Assembly (NCBI GenBank): GCA_963643165.1
Contig: CAVIJD010000003.1
Coordinates: forward strand, 9,213 to 73,212
Direction: 5' to 3'
Length of the DNA: 64,000 bases
From: a bacterium
GTDB taxonomy: Bacteria > Bacteroidota > Bacteroidia > Bacteroidales > WCHB1-69
The position numbers and the translations under genes are program-made. The notes under the pieces are model-generated. The model made no database searches and had not been told where the DNA came from. It worked only from the letters and a program-made list of their open reading frames with translations. Below, piece after piece: positions 16,646-24,968 of this stretch; the first letter of the stretch is position 1; each line of letters begins with the position of its first letter.

Positions 16646-19213
16646 CTATGCCTGCCGCTTGCGTTTGCGCAGATGGTAGGCTGTCACCCCGATGAGGGTG
16701 AGGCAGAAAACGCCTAAGCAGGAGAGGGCGATGGTGTTGCCGCGGTGGATGCTGTCAGGGTCGAAGACCATAGCGAGCGTGTGCGTGCCGGCGGGGATGA
16801 CGGCCGCACGGAGCATATAGTTGGCGCGGGCAATGGGCAACTGCTCGCCGAGCTTGCCGTTCTCGTCGGTGAGGTAGAGCTTCCAACCGAAAGGATAGAA
16901 AATCTCGGAGAATATGGCGATGCGGTCGCGGCTGTTGCGGGCGGTATAGTCGATGCGGTTAGGAGCGTAATGATTTACCGATATGGTGTCGCCGGCCGCA
17001 GGCTCCGTGGCTGCCAAGCCGCCTTTGAGTTGTTCTGCAAAGGTCTTGTCCGCCACGGCCGTGGTGTGCAGGTTGACGCTGTCAAGGGCTGCAATCTCGT
17101 CGTTGGCGTTGTCGGTGACATACAGGTCGTTCACAAACCAGCAATTGCCCATAGCGTAGGGGTTCTGCACCGGCACCTGCTGTCCGTTTTGCAGCGGCAC
17201 AATGGCATACTTCATGTTCAGCATGTTGAGCACCGGGAAGATGCTGTCGCCGTTGCAGGGGGTCTGGAAACCGCCCGTGAGTGCGATGGCCTGCATCAGC
17301 GGGTTCATCTCTTGGGAGATGTGTACATCAATGAGGTCTTGGTAACGGCGCAGTTTGGCCGCCGAATAGCCGCCGATGGACTTGAGGTAGTAACTGGTGC
17401 GCGCCTCGTTGAAGGTGCTGGTCGAGAGGTTGAGCACCCGGAAATAGGTCGGGTCTTTGAGCAACTCCTCTTCGTAAGGCATTTTCTTGAATGTCTTGTT
17501 TCTGTCCTTTTTGGCGATGAAGTTGCTGTCGTTCAAGAACCTTTTGTCAACGGGCCACATGTCGGCCACGATGAAGACGGTCAGCAACAGCCCGAAGCAG
17601 AGGTTGAGGTTCTTGCTAGGCTTGAAATAGGAGCGGTAGGCAAATCCGAAAACCAAGAGCGCGCCAATCACTACGAAAGCGAACGAGCGCCAAGCGTCAG
17701 CCTTGATCATGGCCGTGCGTTGTCCGAGGATGGCGTCATAGATTTGTGGTCCAACCTGGTCTTTCCATTGTGCATCGTAAGTGGAGGCCACGTTGATGCT
17801 GCCGCTGAACAGTGCCGTGAAGAGGCATACGGCAGCGGTTACGCCGCCGGCAATGAAGATGCTGTTGCGGATACGCTGCCACGAGAGGGTGCCGTCGGTG
17901 ATGCGCTTGATGGCAAGGAAGCCGATCAGCGGCATGGTGATTTCGGCCACAATGAGGATGCTCTCAACGGCGCGGAATTTGCTGTACATGGGAAAATAGT
18001 TGAAGAACAGCTCCGTGAAAGGCATGAAATGATGTCCCCAGGCGAGAAGTACGGAGAAGAGCGTGGCGGCAAGGAGTGCCCATTTGTAGGGGCCGTCAAC
18101 GATGAGCAATCCTAACAGGAACAGGAAGCAGACAATGGCTCCCATATAGACGGGGCCGCTGGTGAAGGCTTTCTCGCCCCGGTAGGTGGGCGCACTTTGG
18201 CAGAACTGCCGGGCCTGCCGCGACGGCACGCCCATCTTTTTGAGCTCTTTTTCAAGTTGTGAGCCATCGCCGAGATTGTAGCCGCTGGCACCGCCCATAT
18301 AGTTGGGGATGAGAAAAGTCATGGTCTCATCGATGCCGTAACTCCAGGCGGTGGCATAGTCGAGGTCGAGACCTTTGGTCTTGTTGGTCTCGTCGGTTGT
18401 CTTCACAAGGTCGGAGTGCCCGCCGCGCATAGTTTCGGAAGCGTACTCCTGGTTTGCGAACATGTTGGCACAACCCATGCCGATGCCGATGGCCAAGGAG
18501 CCGGCAAATACGGCGGTGCCGATGCCGAAGTGCTTCCACGCTTTGTCACGCCACGCAATGGCCAGTTCGGCGAACCACAACACGCCGATGAGCATACACA
18601 TATAATAGCCCATCTGCGGGTGCAAGTACAACCCGAAAAGGGTGAAAAACATCACGAGAATGGCACCCCACCCATATTGCTTCCGGAAGATGAGAATGAA
18701 CCCCACTATCACTAATGTCATCCAGGTGATGGACATGGTTTTGGTGATATGGCTGGCTGAAATGATGATGAAGAAGTAACTCGACATGGCGATGGCAAAG
18801 GCACCGGCCAGAGAAATCCATTTGTCTATCTTGAAGGTGCGCAGCAACAGGAAAAAGGCAATGAGGTAGTACAGGAATATGAAGCAGACATTGTGACTGG
18901 CCCAAAGCAATACGGTGCGGAATGGCTTCAGGCATTTATCGACAGCATAGCTGCCATGACCGCCGATTTGATAGTTGGGCATTCCTGAAAACATGGCGCC
19001 GTTCCAATAAGAGTAGTCTCCCGTCTGATTGTGAAATTCGACAGACTCATGCGGTGCGGCCGAGGCGGTGATGCTGTCGCCGGCATTGATGACCTTGCCC
19101 TCGAATGCGGGGTAGAAGTAGATGACGTTCGCCAGCATGAAGAGGCAGAGGATGATGATGTCAGGAACGATTTTCTTGAAGGAGGTTTTTGTGCGTTGCA
19201 TTTCGGATTTCAA
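16646..19213 (-). CDS. YfhO-like polytopic membrane protein (GT-C-like)
   Basis: 855 aa with more than 12 predicted TM segments and a C-terminal TM anchor. The N-terminal YPAFEGKVINAGD...YWNGAMFSGMPNYQIGG resembles the YfhO family. Confidence 0.6.
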   Translation of the reverse strand: MKSEMQRTKTSFKKIVPDIIILCLFMLANVIYFYPAFEGKVINAGDSITASAAPHESVEFHNQTGDYSYWNGAMFSGMPNYQIGGHGSYAVDKCLKPFRTVLLWASHNVCFIFLYYLIAFFLLLRTFKIDKWISLAGAFAIAMSSYFFIIISASHITKTMSITWMTLVIVGFILIFRKQYGWGAILVMFFTLFGLYLHPQMGYYMCMLIGVLWFAELAIAWRDKAWKHFGIGTAVFAGSLAIGIGMGCANMFANQEYASETMRGGHSDLVKTTDETNKTKGLDLDYATAWSYGIDETMTFLIPNYMGGASGYNLGDGSQLEKELKKMGVPSRQARQFCQSAPTYRGEKAFTSGPVYMGAIVCFLFLLGLLIVDGPYKWALLAATLFSVLLAWGHHFMPFTELFFNYFPMYSKFRAVESILIVAEITMPLIGFLAIKRITDGTLSWQRIRNSIFIAGGVTAAVCLFTALFSGSINVASTYDAQWKDQVGPQIYDAILGQRTAMIKADAWRSFAFVVIGALLVFGFAYRSYFKPSKNLNLCFGLLLTVFIVADMWPVDKRFLNDSNFIAKKDRNKTFKKMPYEEELLKDPTYFRVLNLSTSTFNEARTSYYLKSIGGYSAAKLRRYQDLIDVHISQEMNPLMQAIALTGGFQTPCNGDSIFPVLNMLNMKYAIVPLQNGQQVPVQNPYAMGNCWFVNDLYVTDNANDEIAALDSVNLHTTAVADKTFAEQLKGGLAATEPAAGDTISVNHYAPNRIDYTARNSRDRIAIFSEIFYPFGWKLYLTDENGKLGEQLPIARANYMLRAAVIPAGTHTLAMVFDPDSIHRGNTIALSCLGVFCLTLIGVTAYHLRKRKRQA

Positions 19214-19251
19214 TTTGATGAATAGGATTGCTTTCGATTTTTCGAAGTGCG

Positions 19252-19259
19252 CAAAGATA
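19252..19259 (-). promoter_or_regulatory. -7 promoter box (rc TATCTTTG) for the YfhO-like gene
   Basis: + strand caaagata; the reverse complement matches TAnnTTTG 39 nt upstream of the ATG at 19213. Confidence 0.5.
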
Positions 19260-19303
19260 CAATATTTATGTGGAAGCCCGCAGCCTTTCTAAATCTCTCT
19301 GCT

Positions 19304-20254
19304 TTAGCATTGTTTTCCTTGCCACAGGTCAAGCCGTTCGAGCTCTTTCTCCACTCCCTGCACAAGGGTGTCGTATTTCGCCCCTTGCCATGGCGTTACG
19401 GCAAGGCACGCCGAGGAAACTTCGCTGGCCAGTCTTGCAACGACAATGTCGGCACGGAGCCGGGAGAGATATTGTGCGATAAATCGAATGTAGTCATCGC
19501 ATGTGAAAAGATGGAAGTCGTGCGGATGCAGTCTGAAATCTTCTTCCATACGGGTGCCGCGGATGATTTGCAACTGGTGGAACTTGAGGTCGTGCAGGGG
19601 CAGCCTGTTCACGATGTTCACCTCCTTGAGCCATTGTTCCGGTGTTTCGCCAGGGAGTCCGAAGATGAGATGACCGCCAATGGGAATGTTGTGAGATTCA
19701 ATGTGTTGCAAGGCTTCAAGGGTGCATGCTACGTTGTGCCCCCGGTTGATTCGGGCGAGCGTTCGTTCCTGAAGACTCTCTATGCCCAATTCCAACTGCA
19801 CGTAAGTGTGTTGTTGCAAGTCTTCCAGATAGCACAGCAACGGTTCGCTGATGCAGTCGGGGCGCGTGGAGATGACAATGCCGCTGATGGCCGGATGTTG
19901 CAAGGCCTCTTCATAGCGTGTCCGCAAAACCGGCAATGGGGCGTAGGTGCCGGTGTAAGCTTGGAAATAGGCCAGATAGCCGGTCTGTTCGTTGTGGGGC
20001 TTGCGGAAGAATGCGATGCCGTCGTCGATCTGTCGGGTGACGTTTTTTTGCGGACTGCAGTAGGCCGGCATAAAAGCTTCGTTGCTGCAGAAAGTACAGC
20101 CGCCTGTGCTGCAATGCCCGTCGCGGTTTGGACAGGTGAAGCCGCCGTTGATGGCGATGCGCTGCATACGCTTCCCGAAATGGCTGCGCGAGAACCGGAT
20201 GTAGGAGTTGAAACGCCGGGTGTCACCCCAGGGATAGACGGTTGCCGCGCCCAT
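19304..20254 (-). CDS. TIGR01212-family radical SAM protein (YhcC-like)
   Basis: 316 aa. The N-terminal GGFTCPNRDGHCSTGGCTFCSNEAF cluster and overall length are typical of the family. Confidence 0.8.
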   Translation of the reverse strand: MGAATVYPWGDTRRFNSYIRFSRSHFGKRMQRIAINGGFTCPNRDGHCSTGGCTFCSNEAFMPAYCSPQKNVTRQIDDGIAFFRKPHNEQTGYLAYFQAYTGTYAPLPVLRTRYEEALQHPAISGIVISTRPDCISEPLLCYLEDLQQHTYVQLELGIESLQERTLARINRGHNVACTLEALQHIESHNIPIGGHLIFGLPGETPEQWLKEVNIVNRLPLHDLKFHQLQIIRGTRMEEDFRLHPHDFHLFTCDDYIRFIAQYLSRLRADIVVARLASEVSSACLAVTPWQGAKYDTLVQGVEKELERLDLWQGKQC

Positions 20255-20766
20255 CAGTCTTTGTATAGCAGGTTGTCGCCGAACGGGTCCAGCGTGTAGG
20301 TCTTTTTCTTGTCCGGGGTGGACAGGAAGATGAACGGCATCTTTTTGCCGTCTTTGTGATAGGTGCAGGACACCATAAACAACAAGGGAGCCTCGTCTTG
20401 GAGGTCGCCCGCGTCAATCAGGTCGTCAAAGTCCTGCTGGGTGCGCAGCGCCTCGTTGATGTAGAGATCCAGGTATTCGAGTTTCTGCTGGTCGCCGTTT
20501 AGCGCCGTCTCTTCATACTGCTGCTGATAGGCCAGAATCATCTCTTGCAGCAGTTGGGAGTTGAGCCGTGCATAGCGCAATTCTGTCAGGGTGTCTATGC
20601 TGACGACGGTGAGCGAGTCGTAACCGGTGATCTGCTCCTCTTTGAGATAGGTTTTGGCGAGCGATTTCATCTGTCGCTGCAATTTTTTTGCCTCCCGGTT
20701 TTGGCAGGCAGGCAGTGTCAGTATGGCAACCGCAAGGAGCGACAAGAGGATGAGGTTTTTCTTCAT
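20254..20766 (-). CDS. Hypothetical lipoprotein
   Basis: 170 aa. MKKNLILLSLLAVAILTLPAC is a lipobox signal. The stop overlaps the radical SAM start (TGATG at 20252-20256). Confidence 0.6.
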   Translation of the reverse strand: MKKNLILLSLLAVAILTLPACQNREAKKLQRQMKSLAKTYLKEEQITGYDSLTVVSIDTLTELRYARLNSQLLQEMILAYQQQYEETALNGDQQKLEYLDLYINEALRTQQDFDDLIDAGDLQDEAPLLFMVSCTYHKDGKKMPFIFLSTPDKKKTYTLDPFGDNLLYKD

Positions 20767-20778
20767 CGTAAGAAAAGA

Positions 20779-21873
20779 TTAGAAAACATAGCCTATTTTA
20801 GGAATGGAAATGTCGTCCAAGCCTGACGGGAGCGTCTGAATGTCACCGAATTGGTAGATGTTCATAATGCCGTAGTCGTGGACTGGGTCATTGCCGCAGG
20901 TGAGGGTTATGTGTGCCGGCATCGGGGTGCGGTGCCGGTATCCGGCAGTCTTGGCTTTCTTGCCGTTGTCGTCGGTGCGGAAGGTTGCAAGGTCAAAAAC
21001 GGGAGAAAGAGAGAGTTGGTATGTTTTCCCGTTGTTGGAGAAAGAAATGCCCGTGTCTTCCGAGAAAGAGAACAACGGAACGGTGGTTTCTGCGCCCGGA
21101 AGAATATAGAAAGTGTATTCCTGTTCATTTTCGAGGGTCAGGCCTTTGAAGAGGCTGAGGTAGTTCTCTTCGGTTTGCTTCAGCGCTGCAATCATGGTCT
21201 TTACAGCTTCGGCGGAATAGGCTGTTTCTTGCTCGCCGGAAGCCAGTTGGTATTGGTCTTGGCGACTTTTGTTGATGACGTCGGCGGCCTCCTGCGCTTT
21301 TTGGCGGTCCGTCTTGTGAACCGTCTTGGTTTTGTTGGCAGGTATTTGGGTCACGACACCGTCAATGATTTTGGTCTCAACAAAGGCGGCTTCCGTTTGG
21401 GTGAAGGAGGGGTCGGCGTAGTTGCTGAAGAAGTCCGGCACGGAGTCGGTGGATGCTGTGTAGTTCACGGTGCTGTTTGAGGGGAGTGTCAGCAACCCGT
21501 CATTGAAAAGGGAGCACAGGAGTTTGCTTTTGTCTTGTTTTGAAGACAACTCCACCAGATAGGCGTGGCTGAAGTCGGGGACTTCAATGGCCTGGACTTG
21601 CACTTGGTGCAGCCGGTAGCGGGTGCGGTTTTCGGAGATGATGTTCGTGAGCCCGAGCAGCGACTGTGCATGTTCGGCATAGTAGCCTTTAAGTTCGCGC
21701 ACTTTTATGGTCTTGACGGTGATTTTGAAGGCGGTGGTGGGCAAGGCGTACCTGAAAGTGTTGCCTTTGACGGCAATGCCGCTGTCGAGTGGCAGGGGAA
21801 GCACGTTTTTCTGGGCGTTGGCGGAAACCAGCAGCAGGCACGATATTACGGTGAGGATAATCTGTCGTTTCAT
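20779..21873 (-). CDS. Hypothetical secreted protein (possibly DUF4831-like; family not verifiable here)
   Basis: 364 aa. MKRQIILTVISCLLLVSANAQ is a signal peptide. The gene is tightly packed between the YugP-like and lipoprotein genes. Confidence 0.6.
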   Translation of the reverse strand: MKRQIILTVISCLLLVSANAQKNVLPLPLDSGIAVKGNTFRYALPTTAFKITVKTIKVRELKGYYAEHAQSLLGLTNIISENRTRYRLHQVQVQAIEVPDFSHAYLVELSSKQDKSKLLCSLFNDGLLTLPSNSTVNYTASTDSVPDFFSNYADPSFTQTEAAFVETKIIDGVVTQIPANKTKTVHKTDRQKAQEAADVINKSRQDQYQLASGEQETAYSAEAVKTMIAALKQTEENYLSLFKGLTLENEQEYTFYILPGAETTVPLFSFSEDTGISFSNNGKTYQLSLSPVFDLATFRTDDNGKKAKTAGYRHRTPMPAHITLTCGNDPVHDYGIMNIYQFGDIQTLPSGLDDISIPKIGYVF

Positions 21874-21900
21874 AGAGTTTTGGTTGATGGTAAGTTGATT

Positions 21901-22587
21901 TTAGTCGCGGTTGCCTGCTAACAAGGCGATATAATAAAGCAGGGTGGCCAGTGAGGAGAGGGCGGCGATGAGGTAGGTGCGAGCGGCCCATTTGAGAGCG
22001 TCGCGGGCGGAGTCCGTCTCCCGGCCGTTGGTGATGCCTGTGTTTTCAAGCCAGGCCACGGCACGCGACGAGGCGTTGTACTCGACAGGAAGGGTGATGA
22101 CAGAGAACAAGGTGGTCAAGGCGAAGAGTACGATGCCGATGATGAGCACCACCTCGCCGAGCGTGGCAGAGAAGCCCAGCAACAGCATTCCGGCAAGGAG
22201 AATCCATTGTGACCAGTTGGCGCCGAATTGCACTATGGGTACAAGTCGTGAACGCATCGAGAGCCAGTGGTAGGCGGTGGCGTGCTGCACGGCATGGCCG
22301 CACTCGTGGGCGGCAACCGCCGCAGAGGCGATGCTGCAGCCGGAATAAACGTCAGGACTCAAGTTGACGGTTTTGTTCTGCGGGTTGTAGTGGTCCGTGA
22401 GATGCCCTTGAACGCATGTTACGCGGACATCGTAGATGCCGTTGTCGCGCAACATCTTTTCAGCAACCTGTTGCCCTGAAAGTCCGCTGCTGAGCCGCAT
22501 TTTGGAATACTTGGCAATCCGGGAGTTCAATACTTTGCTGACGATGAAACTCAGCACCATAAAGACGATGAAAATGATCCAATACAT
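21901..22587 (-). CDS. YugP-like membrane zinc metallopeptidase (Zn_peptidase_2 family)
   Basis: 228 aa. It has an N-terminal TM segment, an AAHECGHAVQH (HExxH) motif and C-terminal TM helices. Confidence 0.8.
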   Translation of the reverse strand: MYWIIFIVFMVLSFIVSKVLNSRIAKYSKMRLSSGLSGQQVAEKMLRDNGIYDVRVTCVQGHLTDHYNPQNKTVNLSPDVYSGCSIASAAVAAHECGHAVQHATAYHWLSMRSRLVPIVQFGANWSQWILLAGMLLLGFSATLGEVVLIIGIVLFALTTLFSVITLPVEYNASSRAVAWLENTGITNGRETDSARDALKWAARTYLIAALSSLATLLYYIALLAGNRD

Positions 22588-22817
22588 ATAGTTCTTGTTT
22601 TTGTTAGTTTACTAATAAAGCGGTGCAAAGGTATGCTTTTTTGTGGTTTGTGCGAAAAAAAATCTCTGCCCAAAAAATCAAGAGTCAAGGCTGTGGTGTG
22701 GAATAGTGTGCGAAAGTTATTGATATTATGAAACGTCAAAAAAAATCCCCCAGATTTCAATACGATGAAGAAAAGAATTATGTTACATTTGCACCGATTA
22801 TTCAAAAAGAGAAAATT

Positions 22818-22913
22818 ATGAAAGCAAAAGCCATTCCCCAGTTTCTTTTATTACGGTTTTGTTTGTTCTGGTTGGGGCTGAACAAGTTCATACTGCAAAC
22901 CTCCTTGCTGTAA
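22818..22913 (+). CDS. Candidate 31-aa hydrophobic small protein (speculative)
   Basis: MKAKAIPQFLLLRFCLFWLGLNKFILQTSLL. It is preceded by a TACATTTG -7 box at 22784-22791, and its stop lies in the loop of a hairpin (22896-22904 with 22930-22938). Confidence 0.3.
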   Translation: MKAKAIPQFLLLRFCLFWLGLNKFILQTSLL

Positions 22914-23123
22914 GTGTGTGCAACAGTAGGGAGGTTTGTGTGGCATAATTGTTTTGCTGAAATGTTTTATTTATTATTGTTGTGTCTGTGTGGCATTGGA
23001 TTGCACCACCAATTTTGAGTCATAACCCATTCGCAAAGCACCTATGTATAAAAAGAATGAAACACAGTCAGTGTTCTTCTTCAAATAAATATAAATTCCA
23101 AAAACAATTAAATTGTAGCCATT

Positions 23124-24767
23124 ATGAAAACTTTAAAGATGCTTATGTGCTGTTTGATGCTTGCGGGCATCTCTTGTTATGCACAAGATTCCGGACGTGT
23201 GGGAAAATCGTCCTTTGATAAGGTACTTCATTCTTTTTCTGTCCAATACAACAACTGCCTCCAGTTCCCGGCACGCTTTGATTACCATTGTAATTCCTCT
23301 CTCGGGTGGAGTCCCAGCCTGTCATACGGAAACGAATACTCGATTGGTTATGAACTGATTTCCAAGTCCGGTTTTGGATTTGGTTTAGATGTCACAAAAG
23401 GGTTGGTCGGGCTGAACGCCAAAACCCAAGGCCAATGGTCAATCAGATACGCTTCAAATTATGCTTTGGACTATGTGAATTTGCTGGAAGTTGACTATTG
23501 GGCAGTGAAAGCGAAAGCAACATATTCAAGAGTCTTGACGGACAGGGTTATGTTGAATGCTGCAGTTGGCTTGAATTTCCCGTTTTATACCCCGATGTTT
23601 GTCACATATATAAGCGCTCCGTACAACAACCTTGACGGAAACACCGACGAGAGTCTGTTCTTGAACAATGACGATTGTGTTCGCAACTGGGCCCCGGATC
23701 TTTTGTTGGGGGTGAATTTTCTGTTTCATACCAAAAGGAATCCCCGGAACAATTTTATTGTAGGCTGTAATTTCAATGCCGGTTTTTTGCCCCGTTATTC
23801 AGGCTATTTTGCCCTATCAGAATCTGTTGACCGGCATGATTGCGACATCAAGTACGGGTCATCTTACGTTGGTGTCAACTTCGGCTACTCATTTGTCGGA
23901 TTCGACAAGACTTTTGACCGCAAAAAACATCGCCAAGAATCTGAATACCGCACTTTCGATTTCAACAGTGCCGTTCATGCGGTCTCTTTAGAGATGAACA
24001 ACGGACTGGCAGTAGGTGGAAACGCACGTTGGGAAGGTCCAATCACTCCTGTGGTGCACACAACATATTCTCCTTCTTTGTCTTTGAAATACAGTTGTAT
24101 GATACGCAAAGGTTTTGGCTTGTCTGTGTCGGTTCCCTTAGGATTGTTCAGACGTCAGGGAACAATTTCCCTGCAAGGCGTTGTGCCGTCAGACACGGTC
24201 TGGACAAATGGAACTGTCGGAGGCAATGATTCGGAAAATGGCCTGAGCCTTTCTTCTCCTTACTGCGGATTGTCTTTGCAGGCAAGTTATGCCCGTCAGA
24301 TACACCGCAATGTCTTTATGCAGTGCGACCTCGGCTTTTCTGTACAACAGTTGCTCTACAACCATGAATTCGGATCGACGTCGTATGACGAAAACGGTAT
24401 GGTTGTCCTGAGTGATGAAGGCTTCTCATACATCGGGAATCCGTATGAACTTACTGCCGATGAGATGATTCCTTTTGCCCGCGAACACGTACAATACAGT
24501 CCAGATGTCGTCTGTTATCTCCCGAATATATGCGGCGGCATCAGTTTTATGGTTCACGGAAAGAATCCTTGCCACAATTTTGTCTTCGGGCTCAATTTCA
24601 ATGTGGATTACACCACGCGTATTTCATATAACTATACGACGCTGCCCAATTTCCCCCAAAAATACTACTCGTTTGGACTGATTAACTTTAACATGACAAC
24701 AGTAGGTCTGCATGTGGGCTATAAGTTTATGACAGGGAAGCAGGTGAAGTGGCAGGATAAAAGATAG
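23124..24767 (+). CDS. Hypothetical outer-membrane-type protein with an internal tandem duplication
   Basis: 547 aa with signal peptide MKTLKMLMCCLMLAGISCYAQ. The two halves align by eye: FDKVLHSFSVQYNN/FNSAVHAVSLEMNN; WSPSLSYGNEYSIGY..GFGFGLDV/YSPSLSLKYSCMIRKGFGLSVSV; PDLLLGVNFLFHTKRNPRNNFIVGCNFNAGF/PNICGGISFMVHGKNPCHNFVFGLNFNVDY; YVGVNFGYSFVG/TVGLHVGYKFMTG. Alternating aromatic/aliphatic strands suggest a beta-barrel. Confidence 0.65.
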   Translation: MKTLKMLMCCLMLAGISCYAQDSGRVGKSSFDKVLHSFSVQYNNCLQFPARFDYHCNSSLGWSPSLSYGNEYSIGYELISKSGFGFGLDVTKGLVGLNAKTQGQWSIRYASNYALDYVNLLEVDYWAVKAKATYSRVLTDRVMLNAAVGLNFPFYTPMFVTYISAPYNNLDGNTDESLFLNNDDCVRNWAPDLLLGVNFLFHTKRNPRNNFIVGCNFNAGFLPRYSGYFALSESVDRHDCDIKYGSSYVGVNFGYSFVGFDKTFDRKKHRQESEYRTFDFNSAVHAVSLEMNNGLAVGGNARWEGPITPVVHTTYSPSLSLKYSCMIRKGFGLSVSVPLGLFRRQGTISLQGVVPSDTVWTNGTVGGNDSENGLSLSSPYCGLSLQASYARQIHRNVFMQCDLGFSVQQLLYNHEFGSTSYDENGMVVLSDEGFSYIGNPYELTADEMIPFAREHVQYSPDVVCYLPNICGGISFMVHGKNPCHNFVFGLNFNVDYTTRISYNYTTLPNFPQKYYSFGLINFNMTTVGLHVGYKFMTGKQVKWQDKR

Positions 24768-24906
24768 GGGTGAAAACCGTCAAAACGTAAGAACTCGTTT
24801 GTCTGATGCCCAACGCATTGTATGTGTGGGTGAAGTTGAAAGCAGATGAGTTGTCTTTTTTTGACAATGCCTTGATTGCCAGCCGATTATTTTTTTCAAT
24901 AAAGAA

Positions 24907-24943
24907 AAGAGGGGACATCTTTTGGAGGATGTCTCCCTCTTTT
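24907..24943. terminator. Bidirectional terminator hairpin between convergent genes
   Basis: AAGAGGGGACATC(24907-19) pairs with GATGTCTCCCTCTT(24928-41), with T-runs on both strands. Confidence 0.65.
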
Positions 24944-24968
24944 GAAGAAAAGTGGTGGTGAAAAACAA

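Noticed and set aside
16745-18115. 456-aa + strand ORF inside the YfhO-like gene
   Set aside because: It is antisense to a polytopic membrane protein gene with a coherent TM pattern. It is Arg/Gly/Val/Glu-rich with no motifs.
19247-20299. 350-aa + strand ORF opposite the radical SAM gene
   Set aside because: The minus-strand frame carries the CxxxCxxC-type radical SAM cluster region and fits operon packing. The + frame has no features.
22728-22817. The upstream part of the 61-aa ORF 22728..22913 (MKRQKKSPRFQYDEEKNYVTFAPIIQKEKI)
   Set aside because: The TACATTTG -7 box lies inside it (22784-22791), so a transcript would start downstream. Only the distal 31 codons are kept, as a speculative small ORF.
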